NCBI GenBank assembly: GCA_021613535.1
Contig: CP075492.1
Location: forward strand, 3,968,001 to 4,032,000
Origin: Adineta vaga
Taxonomy: Eukaryota; Animalia; Rotifera
DNA length: 64,000 nt
Reading direction: 5' to 3'
Shown here: positions 1 through 11,995 of the stretch, one piece after another
Position numbering within the stretch: position 1 is the stretch's first letter
Layout: every line of letters begins with the position of its first letter
Position numbers and translations under genes: made by a program
The notes under the pieces: model-generated
What the model was told of the DNA's origin: nothing
What the model saw: the letters and a program-made list of their open reading frames with translations, nothing else
Database searches by the model: none

Positions 1-529
1 TCAATACGGTAACTCAAATGTTCGTATCATATGAAGTTTTATTATTTTTCTCATCTAGGCTAGTCGAGTGACAACAACAAGTGACGTGAGTATTTATGTG
101 AATGTAATTTTGAAACTATCTTCATAATCAATCGTTTAGATTGGTCGAGTTCATTTAAGTTCAACATCATGGGAATTGTTGAAAGATTCTTTATATTTTG
201 AAACAAGTCCACGAGGACAAATTGAAATGAAGGTATGTTTCTTTTGAAACTAAAACAATAGAACATCTCATTTATATTTGTACTCATAGGGTAAAGGTGA
301 AATGCAGACATATTGGTTAACTGGGGCCAAAGATGCATATATAGAACATGCATCAATCATAGAATCAAAGAATGAACTTCTTGAAAATGATGTGTTATCT
401 GATTATCATCCAACAATGTATGAAATGAATGATCGAAAAAGATCATTAGCAAATGTTATTAATAAATTACCAAGTTCATTTGATCAATGTCCATTCAGTA
501 GTTTTCGACCATCACCTTCATTTATTTAA
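1..529 (+). CDS. 3' exons of a soluble guanylyl cyclase (upstream copy; 5' part lies outside the window)
   Basis: Spliced reading ..NT|[34 protein letters not shown].. is the end of a class III cyclase domain. Essentially identical to 10905-11433. Confidence 0.85.
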
Positions 530-578
530 AACTAAAATAAACATAAAATGCACGTTAAATTTGTTCATTGTTGTATTC
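1..578 (+). repeat. Near-identical direct duplicate of 10905-11482 (offset 10,904 bp)
   Basis: Identical ORF pairs 60..356/10964..11260 and 302..529/11206..11433. Introns match too; I noticed one mismatch (cacgtt vs cacatt). The copies diverge abruptly after ttgtattc. Confidence 0.95.
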
Positions 579-2067
579 ATTATTGAGGATGTATTCGAAA
601 GATTTGCGACGATTGTAATTTCGACCTTTCTCAAGAGTATGTATTGACTCAATTAGATTGATTAGCTGCTGGAAAGCTTATTGAAAGCATTAGCAAATAT
701 TTCATATGATTAGTCTTGAAAAGTTCTACTGTCCAACTGTTGATAAGTCTATAAGCGTTATATGTGTCCATTTCTGATGAAGCATGAGCCTTTCGATATT
801 AAACGTATCTACATTGATCACGCTATAGTCAGTATAAGAATGTTAAAATTATATTTTCAGCTACAGCTCAACAAATTACTGTCAGCCATTCAAAATGAGA
901 ATATGTTGACAAGAATGAAAAGGAAAACTACACCACAACAGCATTTCAAAAGTTTCTTTATGTCCTATCGCTAGAGAAAGAGTCACAAAACTCTTCCTGT
1001 TCAAATTCAGTTACTCATCGATGATCTCGCCAATGTACGTCCTGAGCCACTGGTGTTGAAAATAAAGGGGCTCAAGATCACATGAAAATGCACCTCTCAG
1101 CAGGCTCAAAGATGAAATCGAAGATACCGACGACCCTAAGTGAGCTACTATGATGACTTCTAATGGTTTAGCTATTTGTTGGATGCTCTTATTACATTAA
1201 ATTCAGTTGTTAAATTAACACCCTATCTTGTTCAACAAATATTTGGACAGCATCTTCACAGTTTTGTTCTCAATTCTACTGCTTTTAAGAATAATAATAT
1301 CAATTAACATAATGTTCACGCAAGTGAAGAAGGAGATTATAGAATTGATAAATTCTATTTTATAGCTATTAAAACTACTAAGAACAGTACTCTTATTATT
1401 AAATTTGTTAATGTCGATATTTTCAAATTGAGGAATCATTGATATCCTCTTCTGGAATTGCTTATACTTAATCAGCTCATCCAGATGTTGATCCTTCTAC
1501 TGAACGAAACAGAGTAATAAATTCAAATACTGCGTCTATTATTACCTGTTCTGTTCTCCTAATTGATGGAACATATCCAATCATTATTCCTTGTTAGAGT
1601 GGTGTTGGTGTTAATTATTCTTTTTTTAGGTATTGAAAAGTTTTCAGCACATTCTCAATATTTGTTTTATTGACAACAGAAAACTGTCGATAAAATAGCA
1701 TCTCATGATGACACAGGTATATTGTCATTCCTCCTATTCATTCGTGTGTGACCTCTCGCTATTGTTTACTCCTTTTCTCTATATATAAACATGTATTGTA
1801 TTGTGAAGTTGTTACATTCTGAATATGTGAGAAGTAGTTAGCTAGTCGAACAGTTTTTTGTTACAAAAACTTTCTGAACTTTAAGTTTTGCTCTTCTAAG
1901 ATAGACAATCAGGAGATTAGTAATTATATTCATCGAAATTTTATTTTTAGTTTTTCTCTTTCATCTCAAAATAAAATACAAAAAAGAGTATGAAATACAA
2001 CCAAAAGAAAAAATATGCTATGACTTGAAGAATTTTTTTGATGATAACATTTCAATGTTCATCTTTA

Positions 2068-2341
2068 CCCAGATCGACAAATCCGATATTGGATCCGATA
2101 GGATCCAACGTTCCTACGAAATCCTATCGGATTCCTGGTGACGGATCTATGTTGGATTCCGTCAGTAAAATTTCCGTCGGAAGCTGCAAATTATATGATC
2201 GTTCTTTGTAGCTATATTTTATTATGGTCTTATGGCCACCTGTCGGATCCGTCGAAATCCGTTTTTTGGAAACTATAGGATCCTATGTTGGATCCGGCAT
2301 GGGATCCGATCGGATCCGAGTCTCGGATTGGTCGACCTGGG
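2068..2341. mobile_element. 274-bp MITE with ~40-bp imperfect TIRs (CCCAG...CTGGG), flanked by TA
   Basis: Left end ta|cccagatcgacaaatccgatattggatccgataggatcc. Right end reverse-complemented ta|cccaggtcgaccaatccgagactcggatccgatcggatcc. GC-rich interior with many GGATCC motifs. Confidence 0.85.
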
Positions 2342-3700
2342 TAGCGTAGTTTTTTGTCGTTTGATTTGGGACGGTGGCATACGTTGTATTGCAACAATTT
2401 CATCAACAAGTCCTTTTCTTTCTTGCCAATGGATAGATTAACAAAATTTTCATCTTCAATGTACTTGATAAAATCGTCTGGTGCATATTCATCGGCAATT
2501 AATGCATTAATAAAGATATCAATATAACCGTGCGCCATGTAATTTCTCTTTGTTTTTTTCAATAATAATTATATTGCTTGATTTTGTGTTAATTCAGCTG
2601 CTTTGGAAAATTCATCGATCACATCACGAACTAATTGCATAGCTTCATCGTTGATTTCCGCTCCAGACATAATCTTCTTTAAGATATTTTTATTGTAATG
2701 ATTTATCATGTTATAAGGTGTTATGGAGATGACATATTTTCCGTTTGCTCATTTCTTTTTTGGAATTTTTCATCAATTTGTTTAATTAATGGATTTAATA
2801 AATGTGCATAGGTTTCTGTTAATACTTTCTCGCTTGTATTTTCTCTAAATCAGATTAGCAAAGAATGTACAAATAAAAGAAAAAGATGACTTGTTTTAAT
2901 TTAGAAAAATCGTTTTTTAAATCATAAAATGCATTTTGTAAACTATTTTTATCGACTGTTTTCTGTAGTTCTTGTTTATCTTTAGAACAGAACTGTCTTT
3001 TCGAGAGTAACTCACTTGAGAAATGATGAAAAATCATATTTTGGAAATTTTTTGCATTCGCAAATTCCCATCCGCTACCCGGCTGCCGGTATCTGTCATG
3101 GAAATGAACAGAAATAAGAATCATTTTTACCAATAACTTGTATGCAAGTATCTGAACACCATTAATAAGTTCTTCTAACTGCTTCATATGTTGCTCATCA
3201 AATTTCATCCACTTGATGAATGTTTGAAGTTGATCTGTAGCTTGATCAATATCTGTTTTGTCGAAAGACATTTTGCTGCAAAATTCGAACGTTTTCGTCA
3301 TCAAATCATTTAATTGATCAACTAAAACTAAAAAATAAACAATTTATAACTAAATTATTTATTGCAAACTTACGATATTGTTGTCGAACTTCTCCATCTT
3401 TATTAGAATTGTTCTTCGCTTCTTCTATCTCGTTCCTGTTGTTTTTACGAGTAGCCGGGCTGTTCGCCTATAGGACTTTCGCCATACGAGAACGTTCACT
3501 GATCTTTCATTTATATTACTGTAAATCTGACATCGATTAAAGATATTATCATCTATTTCACTCAGATAATATTCATTTATATCGTCATCATAATTTTATT
3601 ATTCAATGCCTGTCGTAGCTCGTTCTGCGGCATCACCATCCCAGATTACTGGCAATGTGAAAGCTTCACTTGATGAAGCAACATTTTTTTAAAATATGTA
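2230..3700 (-). pseudogene. Unidentified spliced gene or gene relic
   Basis: Protein-like ORFs 2855..3304 and 2230..2562 with plausible splice sites between them. No recognisable domain; the 5' limit is a guess. Confidence 0.35.
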
Positions 3701-3888
3701 CTTTATTGTTTCACGTAGGGTTAACGTAAGTTTTTACAATTTGAGATAATTATAGAAATGGGATACACGTTTACATATAGCTCATCATTTAGTATAAGGT
3801 TTACGTTATGTGTATAGGTGTAAATAATGAAGCGCAGAGAAAAGTAAAAGAAAAAGTTGTTCGAGTGGAACAGAAATTTTATCAAATT

Positions 3889-4518
3889 TCAAATTTTTAA
3901 TATATGCTTTTCATTTAGGGGAAATGAATGTATTTGACTACGAATCTTTCGATCAGGGAGAAGGATTTTTTTAAAATCTGACACAAATTCTATTGGATTA
4001 TTCTGAAAGTATATTTTTAGTTGGCTATAGGAGCTACCGTGCTGTGAATCAGCATAGCTCTCATCTTTTTTACATTCACAAGTAATAGATAATTCTTTGA
4101 AAAAGATGAAAGTATTTCCATTGCTATTTTTTGCTTGTTCTTCCAATTATATTATATTTTGAGATAACTTTTTTTTCTAATGAACCTTTGAGAAGCAGAG
4201 CAAGGCCATCCGCAAATAAGTGAGAGCAAAATTGAAGGAGATACTTAGGTAAAAATGAATGTGCAGTCTAAACAAGATTGCTGCAAGCACTGAACCTTGT
4301 AGGGCTCCTATCCTTATATTTATTTTCTTTGATATTTTATCTTCATGATACGCTGACATTGTCCTATTTTGAAACCAATGATAGATCCATTTTACGAGAG
4401 GCAAAGGCATATTAAGTTCGATTAGATTCCTTATTAACATAGGATGCCATATTCTATCAAAGGCTGAAAGAAAATCGACGAAAATTACTTGATGAAGCAA
4501 CATCAACATCCGTGACAA
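3889..4518 (-). mobile_element. Degenerate non-LTR retrotransposon (LINE) reverse transcriptase fragment
   Basis: IFVDFLSAFDRIWH (DxxxAFD motif), VKWIYHWFQNRT and GALQGSVLAAILF (GxPQGS motif). Frameshifted continuation LKIYFQNNPIEFVSDFK. Confidence 0.85.
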
Positions 4519-4899
4519 AGCCCACTACTAAAGCAATTAGAGAATGTCAATCAAAACGAAAACAGAAAGAAAGAGCAGCAGATTCGACGATAAATATTGT
4601 AGTAAACCAGAAACATACTTTAGGTGTCACAACAACAATCACCAATTTTGAAAATTGAATCTGTTTTTCAAGCGACTGCTCATCCAGATGATGAAGGTAC
4701 GTATTTTAACGAATACCTTAAAGCATTATTTAAGAAATGTTTATCTAAAGAAATAGCAATATTGTTTACCATCACCTGATCAGACAGCAGCAACGCTTGT
4801 TATAAAATCACCAAAATCATCAACAAAAAGCAGTGACCATTCTATAACTTCATTAGATAATTATGAGATTGTTGTATCGGAGGGTGATGCTGATGCTTT

Positions 4900-6652
4900 C
4901 ATGAATGTACCAGTATGGTTAAAGGAGAAATAAAAATAGGTACTTCAAGGCGAATTGGTAAAGTGATCTTCATGAATGGATTTAGTTATCTGTATATGAG
5001 CACAGCAAAAGCAACCATTGGACGGCGTTGTGCCAGACAAAATATGAACTGTCAAGCAGCGATAAATGCATTAAAAACAACAGATGAATTTAGCCATTGA
5101 AATGATGTGTTTCATTCTCATACAATTGATGCAAATGAAACACGTAAATGCGAAATCTTGGGTAAAATTAAGAAAAAGAGTCTTGGATGAATGCATCCCT
5201 GTCAAGATTATCATTGAACAGGAGTATAGAAAAGCGAATAATGCTTCTTCCATTGCAAATTGGCAATTAGAAATAGTTTGCTTTCCTTAGTATTTAGCTT
5301 CCTTTTCTAATCATTTTTATTTTTATTAGAGTCTGATCTTCATAAAATCCGTCAAAAAGCATTATCACCAATACCACGTGATCAAAAATTTGTTGTTCCA
5401 CATGTTTATTTAGGAACATATTCCAAAGAACGTTTTTTGATTTATGATAAACGAAAAAGTCACTATATGGTGAACGTTTAATGGTGTTTGCTTCACCAGA
5501 ACAATTGGATGTTTTATTTCATTCGGACATATTATTCGTGAACGGCACTTTTCGTGTATCACTTATCTTGTTCGAATAATTATATGTTCTTCTTCAAATA
5601 ACATATGTATATCTGTGAACTTGATGAAAGAGCTATTACGTATTAATCATGAAAAGAGGTAGATACTATTATCCAATATTAATTAATGTTATATTACTAT
5701 AATTGAAAACTGATACATCTTTTATTTTTCTCTCCTATAATTTTAGTTGTGTTGATCTGTTCTATTTTAAGCTCTAACAGACGACGCGAAACTTATGAAG
5801 CTATTTTCCGTTGTTTACGAAGAATTGAATAAGAAAAAGGAGTGGATTTTCTTCTGACTGTGTACATGTTATTGAAGAACTTTTTTGTTTCTTGTAATTT
5901 AGTTACCAGAAGCACTTGTGACTGGTTGGTTCGATTTTTGTCAATCACGCTATCGGAATATACAAGAGCTCGGTTTAATGAAACTGTATGATGGTGATAT
6001 TGAAGTACGACATTTACTACGCATTTTCATGGGTTTAGCTTTATTACCACCCGATCTTATCCGTGATACTTTTAAACTATCAAAGAAAAAAGTCGAAACT
6101 TCTCGTCAATAAGATCGATTAGAAGCATTCGTATCATACTTTAAAAGTGAATGGATTAACCATTCTATGCCCCCGACGCGGTGTGTCAGTAACACCAGAT
6201 GGTGAACAAACAATTTCGCACAAAGTAAAGTGATACTTCACTATCATTTTCATAGAAATTGTGCTGAATGAGTTTTCTATTTGATTGTTTATTTTAGCAC
6301 AAAACGGAAGATTTTTTCACGTGTCGTACAAGCACATCCAAACTTATGACGATCCATACAGTGCTTGAAACAAGACGAGAGTGTTGTATCTCGTAGAATG
6401 GTTCAGACCGTTTCAGGTTTTTCTTCAATCAAATCATCCAAATCAACACGTGCAGCAGCACGTAAAACTAAACAAGTCGAAAAACTATTAAATTTATTAC
6501 AGTCAAATAAGAGATCATTAATTGATACAGTAATGTCATTTGCATATCTAGCCGGTGAACCAGTTGGTCGTGGAAGAAAAGGAAAGAAACACAAAAATAA
6601 CATTTCGAAATCTGATTCATCATCATCAAGTTCAATAGCAGATTCTGACTAA
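4900..6652 (+). mobile_element. Decayed Mutator-like (MULE) transposase with FLYWCH-like N-terminal region
   Basis: MNGFSYLY..CARQNMNCQAAI (FLYWCH-like), ILFVNGTF (first catalytic D-G-T-F motif, D mutated), FMGLALLPPDLI, FVSYFKSEWI, TNNFAQ, HPNL. Many stops and frameshifts; TIRs not located. Confidence 0.75.
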
Positions 6653-7874
6653 AAAATTCTTATGATATTTTTTATTATTTCGTATTTACTCCAGCATCTT
6701 ATTTTTCAAAATTTGATGTAGTGATATTTAAACATATTCTACTGCACATATGTAAGTACACTTCAATGATGTCACTCAACTTTTGACAATATTGTTGAAG
6801 GTCAAAAACGAAATGAAGTTCCTCGTTTTATATTTCAAAAGATGTTGCGAGCTGTAGAGCAATGATGGTTAAAACTAAACTTTCCTCATTTTTATAATAC
6901 TGCACGAAAGCATTGCATTCTTGCATTCCTTTGTGAGTTTTTTAAGTTTTATTCTTTTTTCTTCATTTTTCCGAAACACACATAAAAAAGTCCATATTTC
7001 GGAACATATTAATCTCGAGAACGGAAAGTCAGCAAACTTCGGTTCGGATACGAAGATCGGATTATGATCACTTTTTTCCAATTTTTCGTGTGACGTATTT
7101 TGTTCGTTTACACTGTATTTGACAGAAAATAATAAAAATTGGATTTTTTTATTACAAACTAGTTGCTAAAACGAAAAAAAGAAAGCAAAGTTAGGTGTCA
7201 CTCTTCGTTAGCAACGAGTGTTATATATTTTTGCGGGTATACGCATTTGATGAGAAAAACTCACTTTATGTATGATAAAAGATTAATGAGTATTTAACAA
7301 ACATCTTTAAAAATCACCAAAAGCAGTGATTAATCTGTTTTATTCTCTCTCTCTTAACGATGTCTTGATTTTTGATCTCACATCGCGTTACGAATACCAA
7401 CTATAGTGCTTAAAGCATACCGTAAATAGTGACCGAGCATGATAAAAATCTTATAAAGGCTTTCAGAAATTTTCTTTTTTATTTGATGATAGGCGAAACA
7501 AAGCTCTATCACTATATGCAATTTGCTCCCTCTTTGCATAATATCATAGAAATAAAAATATAAAAAAACATTTTTCACAATGGTAATTCTCAACAATTTT
7601 AGCCCATAACGTTTGCAATCCGTACCTTTGCATTGATTCTTTTGTTCTTACATTACTTTCGATTTTAATCCTTCATAAATTTGCCCAGTTACACAATAGA
7701 TGAATTGATTCGATTGTATTCATGTAACAGGTAAACAAAAGACAAAATCCTATTAAGATGAGGAAAAAACCATACTTCTATTTGATTACTCAAACAGCAA
7801 GAAAAGAAAGAAAGAACGAAAGAAAGCAGACGATTTCTCTCTCTATTTACTTGTTATTTTCCAAGTTTTGTATA

Positions 7875-8132
7875 ATGTCATCGACATCTTCTCAAACCTT
7901 ACCATCATCATCATTACATCGTTCTGATGAGCTCGTTGACTTAACAATATGTTCTACGCAATCTTCGAATTCAACAAGTTTTGCTCTACTTCATCGTACA
8001 GTCGAATTAGAAAATCTTCATGATCATATCAATAACGATAATGAACAACAACAACCACCAACAGCGTCAAAGAAGATTTTAACAAAATGTTTGACTGTTA
8101 TAGGAGATGGAAGTGACAAGCAGATAGCCTAG
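7875..8132 (+). other. Ser/Thr-rich ORF directly upstream of the guanylyl cyclase (uORF or separate small gene)
   Basis: ATG at 7875, coding-like composition (MSSTSSQTLP..NEQQQPPTASKK). It cannot be fused in frame to the cyclase because TAA 8436-8438 precedes the H-NOX Met in that frame. Confidence 0.4.
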
Positions 8133-8444
8133 TTATTTTCATAAAAATTTTTTCTTTTACATCAATAAATAAATTATGAAACTGGATCTAGAAATGATTG
8201 AATACACGAATTATAGAATAGAATTTCAATGGAACAAAAGACATGTAATCTCTGAAAAGAAAATAAAGTATGAAAAATTCATTTAACAGATTATTCTTAT
8301 CTCTGCATGAGAGAATATACCTTAGATTTTCTTTCCATAATAAACTATTTATCTCAAAAATAAGCTTCACTCATTTTCTTTTTTATTCTTTCACAATTAT
8401 CTCGTAATGAATAGATGAAAACTGTTTCAGTCGATTAAAACAAA

Positions 8445-11433
8445 ATGCTCTATGGAATCTTATTAGAAAGTGCACGTGATGGAATTTGTCTTGGTTATGG
8501 TACACAAATATGGAAAAAGATTGTTCAAGAACTGAACTTTGAACATGAATCATTTACAACACTCGGAAGATATGAAGATAATTTAGTTGAAAAAATAGCG
8601 GAATGTAATTTTCTGTGCGTGTGAATATTCTCGTTTCATTCATTTATTCAATTAGGTTTGGCTGATATTCTTCATGAAGGAACACCAGAATATTATATGC
8701 AATTCTTTGGTGAATGTTTTGTTCGATTCTTTACAAATTATGGTTATGATAAAATCTTACGCGTAGCTGGAAGACATTTTGGAGATTTTCTTCATTCAAT
8801 TGATCAACTTCATGATTCAACAAAATTTAGTTTTCCACGAATGAAATCTCCATTATTTCATGTACTTGAAGAAGATGAAAATGGTGCACTTCTTCAATAT
8901 AAGTAAACGATCGTTCGATGTTTTATATGATATGAATTGAAGATATTTTTAGATCTCGTCGACGTGGTTTCCAACGCTATATCGTTGGCCAATTGAAAGA
9001 ATGTGGATCACGATTTTATAGCGAAGAAATCTATGTTCGAATTCAAGAGGATTTATCTACCAACGAATGTAACTAATGTTCTTTCTTTTTCATGTGGTAA
9101 AAAACAAGTCTTTAATATTTAGATACACGAATTATCTTTCGTGTTGATTTTAATAATTCGGCAGCAAAAGAAACATCAAAACGTCTTCATAGTATTCCAA
9201 ACTTACCTGATATAACAAGTGACACATTCTTTAAAGTATTTCCATTTTGTGTTCTATTTGATCCATCAATGCGTATAACACATATGGGAAAATCAATAAA
9301 AAGTCTTTTCCCATTTGATACTGTTGTAAATGGACGTCATCTTGATGAAATCTTTCGACTAATTCGACCAGATATTCCATTAGAATGGAATAATGTAATT
9401 GAACCATTTCTTTCCTAAGCTCTTGTTTGTTTGTTTTTATCTAGATGCTTAGTTATGGTCGACATATTGTTTTTCTTATGGAAAGTCGAATAGCACTTCG
9501 ATCGGATAAAGGAAATAAATCCAATGAGAATTCGATTACGAAAAAGCCGAAAACAACAGCTGGAATGACAGGAAGTTCAGCGATTCGATTGAAAGGACAA
9601 ATGAAATGGATAAGTAGTTGGAATATGATGGTATTTCTATGTCATCCAATGTATGTTTTCTCTCTTTTTTGTTGAATATTAAATGTAAATGATTTGCTAT
9701 AGATTATCTACAACAGATGAAATGATGAATATTGGATTAACACTTCATGATTTAAATTTCTATGATGGAAGTAGTGAAATTTTAATTGCAGGAATACAAC
9801 ATGCAAGACAATTACAAGCAGCGATTGATAAGGTATATCAGATTTCGTAAAAAATACGAATTCAATCTATCTTCTCTCTTCCTGAGAAACTATGATTGAT
9901 AGATACAGATTGGAATACTTCATATAATCGGAGTCATAACATACATGAATATAGTATAACAGCATTAACTGCGTGCTTTATAATCGTACTAGTAACAATC
10001 GTATCATAAATTTTTGATTATTGCATGTTCATTCAAATGAATCTCGTGTTGTTCTCATATTACCAAACTTTAAGAGAACGATTTATTTAAAGTAAATAAT
10101 TGATAAATTTTAGCAACATGCATGGATATCGAAATTACAAGCAACAAAAGTTGAATTACAAGAATGGCGACGAAAAGGAAAACGTCTTCTTTATTCCATG
10201 ATGCCACGCCATATAGCACAAATGTTACAACAAGGCATCGTAGCTAACTCAATTTGTGAAGTAATTCTTTTGAAAATATTATTGCTGTTCATATTATCAA
10301 TTTCTTGATTTGTTTTTAGTCACATAAATTAATCACAGTCCTATTTTGTTACACATTAGACTTTAAAGATGTTATACAAAAATTGTCTCCGAATGAAATC
10401 GTACAAGTAGTGAACCAAATGGTGATTATTTTTGATCAATGTTCTGACAAATATGATGTTTTCAAAGTAGGTGTAATAATATGAGGAGATGAGAATTATA
10501 TACTTTTATTAAAGGTTGAAACAAAAGCTGATTCATCTTATATGATTGTTTCGGGTATTCAAGAACGTGCACCACAACGACGAATATCAAGCAGTGTAAG
10601 TAGAATCCTTTTTCTTTATTCAAACGATTGATTTTTTTCCTTGTATAGTCTGGCTCAAGTATGCGAAGTTCAATAGGTGGAGATAGTTTAGATGAAGTCT
10701 TACCTGAAATAAAAAATCCACTTGGTTTAAATCAAGCAGAAATTGTTGCTGGACTTGCACTTGAACTATTAAAACAATCGAAAAAACTGATTAATAAAAT
10801 AAGCAAATCACCATTCAAAGTTAAAATTGGTTTTCATTCTGGATCAGCTGTTGGAGGTATTGTTGGACATAAAAATTATCAATATTGTCTATTTGGTGAC
10901 ACGATCAATACGGTAACTCAAATGTTCGTATCATATGAAGTTTTATTATTTTTCTCATCTAGGCTAGTCGAGTGACAACAACAAGTGACGTGAGTATTTA
11001 TGTGAATGTAATTTTGAAACTATCTTCATAATCAATCGTTTAGATTGGTCGAGTTCATTTAAGTTCAACATCATGGGAATTGTTGAAAGATTCTTTATAT
11101 TTTGAAACAAGTCCACGAGGACAAATTGAAATGAAGGTATGTTTCTTTTGAAACTAAAACAATAGAACATCTCATTTATATTTGTACTCATAGGGTAAAG
11201 GTGAAATGCAGACATATTGGTTAACTGGGGCCAAAGATGCATATATAGAACATGCATCAATCATAGAATCAAAGAATGAACTTCTTGAAAATGATGTGTT
11301 ATCTGATTATCATCCAACAATGTATGAAATGAATGATCGAAAAAGATCATTAGCAAATGTTATTAATAAATTACCAAGTTCATTTGATCAATGTCCATTC
11401 AGTAGTTTTCGACCATCACCTTCATTTATTTAA
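8445..11433 (+). CDS. Atypical soluble guanylyl cyclase (H-NOX, PAS/HNOBA, coiled coil, cyclase), Gyc-88E-like; multi-exon
   Basis: MLYGILLES start; GYDKILRVAGRHFGDFLHSIDQLHD (proximal His); YKSRR heme motif; [79 protein letters not shown]. Confidence 0.93.
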
Positions 11434-11905
11434 AACTAAAATAAACATAAAATGCACATTAAATTTGTTCATTGTTGTATTCGTTGTTTCGTAATCATAT
11501 GACAAAATATATACTCTTCATTAGAAATGAATTTGCAACAGTTTATCATCAACAAAATTTACCGCGAACATTTCTTTTTCTTATCAATAGTCTATTCAAG
11601 TATATTTAGTTTTTCATCTGATTAAAAGTCTACCGTAGATAGTTTTCATTTTGTTTTGAAATGGAGACAGTAAAAGATATTAAATCAAAATCAACCATTC
11701 ATATATGAATATGTGATATTATTTTCGTGTTTATGTAAGATGCTTTAATCGAAATAGACGATGTGTCTTCACATTATTTTTTGTTTCGTTCTTCACATGT
11801 GCATTTTGTTCGTTACTTTTAATCTTTTTCTTTGGGTATTTTTCAGTAAGAGAAAAATGTTATTGTTATTTCACATTCTGGGAATATCCAGTAACATGAA
11901 ACACG

Positions 11906-11935
11906 TATATAAAAGCTCAACAGTTCTAATTCAGT
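11906..11935 (+). promoter_or_regulatory. Putative TATA box plus TCAGT initiator for Argonaute
   Basis: TATATAAAAG at 11906-11915 and TCAGT at 11931-11935, 60-90 nt before the ATG at 11996. The AT-rich background lowers specificity. Confidence 0.4.
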
Positions 11936-11995
11936 AGAAATTCAGACTTCTTATATTTTTATAGATTAATTCTTACTTTTCAATAAATCGATCAA

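Noticed and set aside
770-820. CTGATGA suggesting a hammerhead ribozyme core
   Set aside because: No properly spaced GAAA or pairing stems follow.
579-1700. ORFs 762..974 and 1215..1439 as genes
   Set aside because: No recognisable motifs or consistent splice structure; probably decayed sequence that I cannot assign.
2090-2330. GGATCC-rich repeats as a CRISPR-like array
   Set aside because: Irregular spacing, no constant repeat/spacer structure, eukaryotic context; explained by the MITE.
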